Assembly: GCA_011171075.1 (NCBI GenBank)
Contig: DUFD01000045.1
Coordinates: 4,835-68,834 of the forward strand
DNA: 64,000 nt
Source of the DNA: Dehalococcoidia bacterium
Lineage (GTDB): Bacteria; Chloroflexota; Dehalococcoidia; Dehalococcoidales; Fen-1064
Reading direction: 5' to 3'
The notes beneath the pieces are model-generated. The model had not been told where the DNA came from. It did not search any database and saw only the letters and a list, made by a program, of their open reading frames with translations. Shown one piece after another: positions 38,282 to 46,300 of the stretch (positions within the stretch are counted from its first letter, which is position 1; every line of letters begins with the position of its first letter). Made by a program: the position numbers and the translations under genes.

Positions 38282-39262
38282 TTGACGATAACCAGTGAAA
38301 AAACGGCCCTGTTCGCCAGGTATAGGGCAAATCCCATACTGACTGCCAGGGACTGGCCATATCCTGCCAACTCGGTATTCAATGCCGGGGCGACTCGTCT
38401 CAAGGACGGCACAACCCTGTTACTGTGTCGCGTGGAGGACCTTCGAGGGCACTCTCATTTCTGTATTGCGAGGTCGGACAATGGTCTTGATGACTGGCGA
38501 ATAGACGCTGCTCCAGCCATGATGCCTGATGCTGACAATCACCCGGAAGAGATATGGGGAATTGAGGACCCGAGAATCGTTTTCCTCGAAGAGATGGGGA
38601 AGTATGCGATAACATACACTGCCTGGTCAAGGGGTGGACCGGGTGTATCACTCGCCCTCACTAGCGATTTCAGGAGTTTTGAGCGGTTAGGAATGGTGAT
38701 GCCCCCACATGATAAGGATGCCGCCTTTCTCCCGAGACGACCAAACGAACACTGGGCAATGATACACAGGCCCAGCACTCCCGGACAGGACTCGCATATC
38801 TGGATTTCTTACTCGCCTGACCTGAAGCACTGGGGGGAACACCGGATTATTCTCATGGCAAGACGTGGAGCCTGGTGGGACTCGGGTAAAATCGGTCTTT
38901 CGGCCCCCCTTATAGAGACCCCGGAAGGTTGGCTAATGATTTACCACGGCGTTAAGCAGACCGCCTCAGGGAGCCTGTATCGACAGGGCCTAGCCCTCCT
39001 TGACCTGAAGAACCCTGAGAGATGTCTGCTCCGCGGCAGCCAGTGGGTTTTTGGGCCTGAAGAGGACTACGAGCTGGTCGGCGACGTGGGGGGCGTGGTC
39101 TTTGTCACCGGATACACGCTGCAGGACGACGGTGACACACTTTATATTTATTATGGAGGAGCCGACAAGTGCGTGGCGGTAGCCGTCACAAGCGTTAAAG
39201 GACTTCTCGACTGGATAAGAGATTACGGTGAAACAGATGCTGCGCTTGATGTTTGGTTCTAA
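38282..39262 (+). CDS. GH130-family glycoside phosphorylase/hydrolase (DUF377-type beta-propeller)
   Basis: 326 aa with a TTG start. 'FNAGATRLKDGTTLLLCRVED', 'GIEDPRIV' and 'YHGV' are typical of GH130. Confidence 0.75.
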   Translation: MTITSEKTALFARYRANPILTARDWPYPANSVFNAGATRLKDGTTLLLCRVEDLRGHSHFCIARSDNGLDDWRIDAAPAMMPDADNHPEEIWGIEDPRIVFLEEMGKYAITYTAWSRGGPGVSLALTSDFRSFERLGMVMPPHDKDAAFLPRRPNEHWAMIHRPSTPGQDSHIWISYSPDLKHWGEHRIILMARRGAWWDSGKIGLSAPLIETPEGWLMIYHGVKQTASGSLYRQGLALLDLKNPERCLLRGSQWVFGPEEDYELVGDVGGVVFVTGYTLQDDGDTLYIYYGGADKCVAVAVTSVKGLLDWIRDYGETDAALDVWF

Positions 39263-39309
39263 AAGCAAGATAAGTCTGTTCACTACCAACTGAAGAAAGG
39301 AAAATAGCA

Positions 39310-40629
39310 ATGACATCTATTTGTTTTGCAGGACCGTACAAGCCCATCATGTGCGGAATAGGTGATTACACGGAGTTCCTCACCCGAAAAAGCCCTGGCG
39401 CCAGGTGGGGGGTACTGTCCTTCAATCTGAGTGCATATGGCGGACCACTGGTCAGCAATGGTACGCCACAGAAAGGTCCGGTCTGGTACGGCATACCCGA
39501 CCGGCACAGCTACGGCTCTGCAGTTATTCAGCAGGGACTTGATATACTCGGCGTAGATACACGGGACTCCGTTGTCTGGTTTCAACACGAATTCGGTATC
39601 TGGCCACACAATGCGCTGTTCGTTAACATGCTTAAGGGGCTGGATATACCGGCGGTGGTAACTTTTCATACCCTGCACTTCCAGAGTACTGAGACCAGGT
39701 ACGGACTACGCAAGGAACAATTTGACTTTCTCCGTACGCTGCTACCCTATGTTGATGGCATTACCGTCTTCAGCCGGGGAGTATATGGTGCGGTAGCCGC
39801 CGCGTTCCCTGAATATATCGATAAGATACACGTCGTCAAGCACGGCATACACCACTATCCGGAGGTAAGCCGCCTGGCACGCCGCGAAGCCAAGGAAAAA
39901 TTGAACGACTATCTGCTCTACGATTCTGACCTTGACTCAAGAACCAGAGAACGACTGCACGAGCAGCGTATTCTCCTTGACCCGGAAACAATCGTTCTCG
40001 GTCAAACGGGCTTCCTCTCGCCGGCAAAAGGCTCGGAACTTCTCTACACTGTCAGGAATAGCCTTGATAGAGTAGTCCCACAAAAAAGAATAGCGGCACT
40101 GCGGATTGGTACCCCCCGTGATAAATACCAGGAAGAATATGCCGCCCGACTACAAAAAGCGCAGGATGGCAAGCCTAACTTCCTGTTGAAAGTCTGGCTG
40201 CCTCAGGCGATGTTGCCGGTAGCCCAGCGTGCTTTTGATATGAATTTCTACTGGCCGGTGGAATGTACTCAGAGCGGCGTCCTTGCCCACGCATTAGGCG
40301 CCGGAGCTGTTATCGCCAGTCGCGACATCGAGGGCGTCGGTGAGACCCTGAAAGACGCTGGGGCTATCATTGATACCGATTTAGCCAGGCTAATGGTTAA
40401 AATGAAAAGCCTCATAATAAACCCGGAACTCTCCGAAGACATTTCGGAAAAAGCCCTGGACTATGCTGAGGAATACTCCTGGGATAATCAAGTCCGGCGG
40501 CATTATGAACTGTCCCAGCAAATTCTCCAACGACAGCCGGTGCTATCGGAATCAGGCACATCAGAAGACTACCGTCATCTCCAATCCTTTCGGGCTACGG
40601 TGGAACAGGGTACGGTAGGGCACCATTAG
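39310..40629 (+). CDS. GT-B fold glycosyltransferase (GT4-like)
   Basis: 439 aa. Layout and the C-terminal half resemble GT4/GT1-type retaining glycosyltransferases. Adjacent to GH130. Confidence 0.65.
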   Translation: MTSICFAGPYKPIMCGIGDYTEFLTRKSPGARWGVLSFNLSAYGGPLVSNGTPQKGPVWYGIPDRHSYGSAVIQQGLDILGVDTRDSVVWFQHEFGIWPHNALFVNMLKGLDIPAVVTFHTLHFQSTETRYGLRKEQFDFLRTLLPYVDGITVFSRGVYGAVAAAFPEYIDKIHVVKHGIHHYPEVSRLARREAKEKLNDYLLYDSDLDSRTRERLHEQRILLDPETIVLGQTGFLSPAKGSELLYTVRNSLDRVVPQKRIAALRIGTPRDKYQEEYAARLQKAQDGKPNFLLKVWLPQAMLPVAQRAFDMNFYWPVECTQSGVLAHALGAGAVIASRDIEGVGETLKDAGAIIDTDLARLMVKMKSLIINPELSEDISEKALDYAEEYSWDNQVRRHYELSQQILQRQPVLSESGTSEDYRHLQSFRATVEQGTVGHH

Positions 40630-40738
40630 GTAGCGGAAAGCCGAACTGCAAGGATTGCTCTCCGATTGTCTACACCCCACGTTTAACACAGGATGGACTC
40701 AATGTGGAGAGATTGGAGATTCTGCCTATTGTACACTA

Positions 40739-40782
40739 TGGTGGGCGGTACTGGATTTGAACCAGTGACCTCTGCGATGATA
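40739..40782 (-). other. orphan tRNA 3' half (att-like remnant), isotype undetermined
   Basis: The reverse complement reads '...CGCAGAGGTC-ACTGG-TTCAAAT-CCAGT-ACCGCCC-A-CCA': a perfect T-arm, acceptor 3' strand, discriminator and CCA. No matching 5' half (GGGCGGT...) lies upstream. Confidence 0.6.
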
Positions 40783-40963
40783 TGACATTGGTTTTCTAAG
40801 GAACCGGTAATTAACCGGTTGTGATTGTTCGGATTTTTCATAAATTCACCTCCAATAATCTATCTGAAGTATACATTAATTCAAAACAGGTATGATAATA
40901 CCCATTATTTTTCGATATATCCAAAATCATAGAGCCACCTAAGAGCTTAGTTTTTAAAATTAA

Positions 40964-41206
40964 GTGATGGATATTGCCAAGTATTTAAAACATCTCATAT
41001 ATCGTAAAGAGAGACAGGGTACAGCAGCTCCACCACAATATCAAATTGCACAATATAAGCAATTGTTGGACGGGGAGATTGAGCAGAATCAGTCTCTTCC
41101 TGAAGCAGTATTTGTTTGGTTGGTAAATAAACAAAATACTCAAGTTAATGTAGTTAAGTTTCGATATACAGCGGCTTCGCCATACTATCTGTTGAAGTCA
41201 TTTTGA
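40964..41206 (+). CDS. hypothetical small protein in AT-rich island remnant
   Basis: 80-aa ORF. Its stop codon overlaps the first unit of the tandem-repeat array. No recognisable motif. Confidence 0.3.
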   Translation: MMDIAKYLKHLIYRKERQGTAAPPQYQIAQYKQLLDGEIEQNQSLPEAVFVWLVNKQNTQVNVVKFRYTAASPYYLLKSF

Positions 41207-41800
41207 GAGTAACCATAGACAGCCCCTCTTGAATCCGTATTGAAGGTGCAGAACACATCCTCTAGAAGCTGCTGTGAGGTACTATCGTTAACCATTATAG
41301 AAGCTGTTTCGAAGGTACAGAAGTCATTGCTCTATGAAGGTATTTGTGTGGGTTCGGAGATTATGTTCTGTAACCTGCCTTGCGAAGGCGTTTCTATGGA
41401 CTCTGCAACCCTGCTCTGCGACTATACCCTGCGAAAGTAAATCGAGAGTGCAGAAGGTATTACTCAGCAAACTCAATGTGAGAGTACCAGAAGTTAGTGC
41501 TCTGCGAAGTCAAATTGAGAGTACTGAAAGTAGTACTCTATAAAAGTTAATCGAGAGTGCAGAAAGTATTACTCAGCAAACTCAATGTGAGAGTACCAGA
41601 CGGTAGTTCTTTGTGAAAGCAAAATGAGAGTGTAGAAAGTAATACTTTTCAAACTTGATTTGAGAGTAACAGAAAACATTCCCCTGCGAAAGGTAATTCG
41701 AGAGTAACAGAAGGTGTCAACGCAGGCGTAATTTGAGAACGCTGAAGGTGACAATCTTGTAGAACCAGCGAAGGTGCAGCCTTTCAAATTTAACCAGTAC
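41204..41800. repeat. tandem array of about 16 degenerate ~36-nt units (GAGAGT-phased), with a ~109-nt higher-order repeat
   Basis: 'GAGAGT' recurs at 41444, 41480, 41517, 41553, 41589, 41626, 41662 and 41700 ('GAGAAC' at 41735), spaced 35-38 nt. 41440-41491 and 41549-41600 match at 51 of 52 nt. Several units carry an internal inverted repeat, e.g. 'AGAGTACT-GAAAGT-AGTACTCT'. Confidence 0.85.
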
Positions 41801-41889
41801 AAGAGAGGTTAATCGGGGACGGAGTAGGCAACTACACAGAAAGATGAAATGTTGGATAGCGATAATTCACCGAAAGCAACGAAAAAATT

Positions 41890-42015
41890 ATTAGCTGTTA
41901 ACCGTTAGGTTGTAGGTTCGAGTCCTAGGCGGGGAGCCAGGCTCAGATGTGGGGGGGCACGTAGGTTAATACACAGAACTCTTAAGCTGACATTCGGCCA
42001 TAGTGTTGACCAACT
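41890..42015 (+). repeat. junction module copy L (tRNA-like 3' half plus conserved flank)
   Basis: 'ATTAGCT...GGTTCGAGTCC...GCCA...TTAAGCTGACATTCG...TTGACCAACT'. Recurs inverted at 50831-50940 and, shortened, at 63343-63406. Confidence 0.7.
41895..41939 (+). other. orphan tRNA 3' half, tRNA-Asn-like (att-like remnant)
   Basis: 'CTGTTAA-CCGTT-AGGTT-GTAGG-TTCGAGT-CCTAG-GCGGGGA-G-CCA'. A GTT anticodon-loop-like start, T-loop, A72/G73 and CCA resemble bacterial tRNA-Asn. There is one T-stem mismatch and no 5' half upstream. Confidence 0.5.
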
Positions 42016-42101
42016 GTTCGAATTTCTAGTTTGGCGGGTTTTTAGAGACATTCAGCCAAGAAAGATAATATTACCTCACGCGATGAGGTTGTGGTATCTA
42101 T

Positions 42102-42128
42102 TTAAGCCCCCAGTATCTCCTTGTGCCC
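42102..42128 (-). repeat. orphan copy of the kinase-gene 3' terminus (R1-A; reads GHKEILGA-stop)
   Basis: 42106-42127 is a 22-nt exact match to 43327-43348. The reading frame and a stop (TAA) are preserved. Lies just downstream of the beta-lactamase-like gene. Confidence 0.8.
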
Positions 42129-42148
42129 GACTAAACAATGGACTCTAG

Positions 42149-43288
42149 TCAGAGAGCAGCATACAGGGCACCAATGATGGGAACGATGCGTAGATTCGGA
42201 GTACTGCCCATCTTATTCATCACGTAAGAACAACTGAGTTTGGCATCGATGTCCATTACCACCACTGAACCACCGTATCCACCCCAGTATAAAATCCGAG
42301 GATTCGGACCAATCGGTATCTCCTTGCTAGTAAGTCCAAAACCGAGGCCAAACCTCACGGGTGATGGCCAGGACTGGGGTTGTCCATAGTACTGCTCTTC
42401 TAGTGCTTTCTCAATGGTCGGCAAACCTAATAGATGGACATCATCAAGTTCGCCCCCACAGGCGACAGCAGCTGATATACGAGCGACTGAACGAGCGTTT
42501 CCATGTCCATTACCTGCCGGAATCTCGGCAGCTCTGAATGCTCTGTCCCTCGCATTCAGGGCTGAAAAGAAGGGGAAGTTCATGGCTCGATACAACACTG
42601 AATCTGGTGGAATGTACGAAGGGTCGCCAGGTTTGTACTCAGGTGGCGGAATCATCTCGCCTACTCTAGGTTCATGTTCTTCCGGAAGACCAATATGGAA
42701 ATCGGCTGAAAGTGGCGCGGCCACTTCCCCCTGAAAGAATGTACCGAGTGTGTTTCCTGTAATACGACGCACCAGCTCTCCTACAAGAAAACCCGAGGTC
42801 AAAGCATGGTATTCCCATTCTTTTCCTGGCTCCCACCAGGGTTTCTCTGCAGCCAGTAATGAGACCACCTTATCCCAATCATACAGTGTTTCCATAGGAA
42901 CAGGCATGTCGAGTGCGGGTAGACCGGCCGTGTGGCTCATCAGGTACCGAACTGGCATGGTTTCTTTACCTGCTTGTGCAAACTCAGGCCAATACTTGGC
43001 AACTGGTGCATCAGGGTCAAGCAAGCCGCGGTCAATAAGCATCAGTGCACAGATTGTTGTCATCACTTTCGTGGTCGAGAAGACACATACAATAGTATCC
43101 TTCTCCCACGGGCGCGTCTGGGCTTCATCAGCGTAACCGCCCCAGATATCGACTACGGACTTTCCTTCTATCGTAGCTGCGAATGATGCACCAACCTCCA
43201 GACCCTGCTCGAAGTTGTTGGCAAACGCGTCCTTAACTGGTGAAAACCTGTCGTCGCAATGCCCATAAATCTCAACTGTACCGGCCAT
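42149..43288 (-). CDS. serine hydrolase, beta-lactamase/esterase (class C-like) family
   Basis: 379 aa. 'FSTTKV' S-x-x-K motif, with length and layout typical of the EstB/AmpC-like family. Confidence 0.85.
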   Translation of the reverse strand: MAGTVEIYGHCDDRFSPVKDAFANNFEQGLEVGASFAATIEGKSVVDIWGGYADEAQTRPWEKDTIVCVFSTTKVMTTICALMLIDRGLLDPDAPVAKYWPEFAQAGKETMPVRYLMSHTAGLPALDMPVPMETLYDWDKVVSLLAAEKPWWEPGKEWEYHALTSGFLVGELVRRITGNTLGTFFQGEVAAPLSADFHIGLPEEHEPRVGEMIPPPEYKPGDPSYIPPDSVLYRAMNFPFFSALNARDRAFRAAEIPAGNGHGNARSVARISAAVACGGELDDVHLLGLPTIEKALEEQYYGQPQSWPSPVRFGLGFGLTSKEIPIGPNPRILYWGGYGGSVVVMDIDAKLSCSYVMNKMGSTPNLRIVPIIGALYAAL

Positions 43289-43322
43289 TATTATCCTCCT
43301 TTTGTTGGTAGAGGAGGAGACT

Positions 43323-46300
43323 CTACGCCCCCAGTATCTCCTTGTGCCTCAGTGCCCTCTCCAGTGAGGGCTGCATCTTCATCTCGCGGAACTCATTGAT
43401 GGCGAAATTAAGGTGCTCTAATGCTTCTGGCTTTTCATCCGGGTAGTGCTCCAGGAGAAGCTCGGCGAGCTGGAGCCGGGTGAGGGCTAGCTCAGGGCGG
43501 AACTTGATATTCGTAGCGACCTCCAGGGCATCAGCGTAGTATTTACGGGCTTCTTCGTATCTTTCCAGGAGCGCGCACGCTCCACCCAGGTGGCGGTCTA
43601 CACACGTCGGCCAATAGTAACCGGTCATATGTGGCGTTTTCCCTGCAAGTTGGTTTAGTAAGGCTTCGGCTGCTTTTTTATGCCGAACCAGTACAGCTAC
43701 TTCAAGCCAGATTGTATCAGTCCAGTAGAAAGTGTAATCGTCAACGGTGCCAATAAACCGACGTCCACCAAGAAACTCATTCAATATGGTGATTGCTTCA
43801 TCGTGCCGGTTAAGATGTGCCAGACAGAGGGTTCCGATATGGGAGTTGAATTCATTGGGTAACATGGTTTGAAGCATGGAATCGGACATTCCCAGCAATA
43901 CTCCAGCCCTGAATCTGGAGAAATTATACGATACTCTTGTAAATCGTTGCAGACCCCACTCTTCACCACGTACTTGGATTTCATCCGCTAATTGCACAGC
44001 CTCATCTAACCGGCCGTCCAGAGTTCTCAGCATAGCCCGAAACTGCAAGGATTGAATTAAGAAGTTGGTCTGCCCACTACGCTCTGCGAATTCTCTATGC
44101 TTACGCAAGATTTCCTCACATCGCTCGCGTTGCCCGTACTCGAGAAAAGTGATACCGAGTACCGCGAGCCCGCCCACAATCGCTCGCGTGTCCACACCGG
44201 CGCGAGAGCGCATCGAAAGCTCCTTAGTTACCTGTAGTCGCTGCTCAGTATATTGCGGTACAGTCGTATAGATTAACCACAAAGGTACCAACATCCAAAA
44301 GGTCTCATCATCTCCTAGCTTATGTATCCGGTCTATAGCTTGATCCATTAACTGAAATCCCGTTCTGGGATGCCCTGTGGAGTACCTCACCAGACCTAGA
44401 AACATATCTGCCACAGCCCTTTCCCTCGTACCCTCTTGGGCATATAGGTCAGCACGACTCGCCCACTCCATACCCTCCCCAGAACCAAAAGCTCCTACCG
44501 TACCATGTCGCCAGTAGACGAGTGCGGGTAGAGCACGTTCACAGGCCCGTGCTGCACGGTTCTCATCACTAATTCCCTCGGCCAGCGAAAAGGCTTCCTG
44601 AAGTTCAGCATCCAGAGCACGTCGTGATTCGCCTGCATTAACTAAGGTGTCGCTAAGAGTCAGAAGGATGTCACACCGCTTTGCCTTATCCTCCGGATTC
44701 AGTACCTCCTGCACCTTGAGTGCCTGCTCCAGCAATCGTATCGCTTCACCATAAGCATAGACACTACTTGCTTTTTCGGCTGCCATCTCACCGTATGAGA
44801 CCGCCTTAGCCAATCCTTCAGTATCGGGTGAATACGAAAAGTGCTCAGCCAGCTCAGCGGCATGCTCTTCAAGACGCTTTCCGTAAACCTCTTCTAAAGC
44901 CTTTCCTACCTGTTGGTGAAGTCGTATCCGCCGTGGAGCAATTATCTCTTCGTAGAGGGTCTGACGGAAGAAGGCATGGGTAAAGCGGTAGGTCACGGCA
45001 GCCCCTACAGTAGAACGTTCCTCTACTACGGCAGCCGCTTTCGCTTCCTCTAAGGCAACAAATAACTCATCATCAGATATATCGGCTACTTTTTGTAAGA
45101 CAGCTAACTGGAACTCCCGGCCGATGACAGAGGCAATGCTCAATATTCGGTTACACTCCTGACTTAGACCCGAGAGACGCTTACCGACAACATCACGCAG
45201 TCCCTCGGGGATGCTCATTTCAAGTTGTGTGGCCTTCCATTGCCCCCCTTCCCGATTGATGAGACCTTCTTCAACCAGGTAGCGCACCACCTCCTGCACA
45301 AAGAGAGGATTGCCCTCGGTCTGGCGGTGCACCGCCTCGGCTAGGCCCCAGGGGACATCCTGCCTGGTAATACTCTCCAGCATCCTTCTGACCTCATCGG
45401 CATTGAGACCCCGCAGCAGGACACGGTCGAAGGTAGCAACCCGACGTAGCTCGGCTAAGGATGCTGATAAGGGATGGGTACGGTCTACTTCAACATCACG
45501 GTAAGTTCCTACTATCATGAGCCTTGCTCCACTAAGGTTACGTGAGACGTGAGTCAGCATCTCCAGCGTACCCTTGTCGGAGTCGTGCAGATCCTCTAAT
45601 ACAATCAGCAGCGGCTGGACTTTGGCAGCGCTGGTGAGGAAACTGGTGACGGCCTGCATCAGCCGGTAGCGCTCTTCCTCCGGGCTCTCAGACGGCTTTG
45701 GCTCTACCTTGAGCTTCTCCCTTACCTCGGAGACAATACGGGCAACATCAGCTGCCCCGGTACCAAGCTCCTTCCTCAGGTCTCTGGTTTCTCTTGTCAT
45801 GACATAGGAGCGCATCGCTTCGACAAAGGCTAGATATGGTAGCGACAGAGACCCTTCCTCATAGCAGTGGCCGACAAGGGTCTTGCCGCCCCTCAGCGTC
45901 ACGTAAGTGGACAGTTGCTCACATAAGGCGGTCTTGCCGATACCCGGCTCTCCAACTACCATCATGAGGGCACCCTGTCCCGACATGGCCCCGTCAAAGG
46001 CCGCCTGTAGCTGTTTTTGCTCCGGTTCACGGCCAACGAAGACGCGGCGGTAGAGGGGACTCTCCGGGGCAGCCGCCACCTGTGACACCGACTCAGTGAC
46101 CTTTCCCTGTTCGATGGATTCCAGAGCTTTGAGGATATCCCCAGCGGAGTCAGGACGTTTATCCGGGTCTTTCTCCAGTAGCTGCAGGATGAGCACCTCT
46201 AGTCCCGGTGGCAGGTCAGCCCGGTGCCAGGTAGGTGATACCACCGAGGTGTTGATATGCTGTCCGATAATAGCCACCGAGTCATCCCCGATAAAGGGTG

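Noticed and set aside
40683-40841. 52-codon minus-strand ORF (MKNPNNHNRLITGS...) with a strong GGAGGTG RBS
   Set aside because: It reads straight through the orphan tRNA 3' half and has no recognisable motif. It is probably fortuitous, although the RBS is good.
41204-41800. CRISPR array interpretation of the ~36-nt repeats
   Set aside because: The units are contiguous and mutually degenerate. There are no identical repeats alternating with unique spacers, no cas genes, and no leader-like organisation.
41240-41802. Listed ORFs 41240..41440 (+), 41334..41543 (+) and 41569..41802 (-) as genes
   Set aside because: They lie entirely inside the tandem-repeat array, overlap one another in different frames, and have periodic low-complexity translations. 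They are most likely repeat-generated open frames.
41895-41939. tmRNA (ssrA) 3' end
   Set aside because: The acceptor 3' strand GCGGGGA-G-CCA would need a 5' UCCCCGC, whereas tmRNAs start GGGG... and end ...ACCA. It fits tRNA-Asn better.
41951-41986. Tn3-family terminal inverted repeat (GGGG...TTAAG) for the L/R modules
   Set aside because: Only the GGGG start and TAAG-like end resemble Tn3 IRs, and the length does not fit 38 bp. The internal sequence differs, and no transposase or resolvase lies between the repeats.
42102-43352. Integron gene cassette with attC sites
   Set aside because: There is no intI gene. The repeats are short direct repeats without the imperfect-palindrome (R''-L''/L'-R') structure of attC. 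One copy is functional coding sequence.
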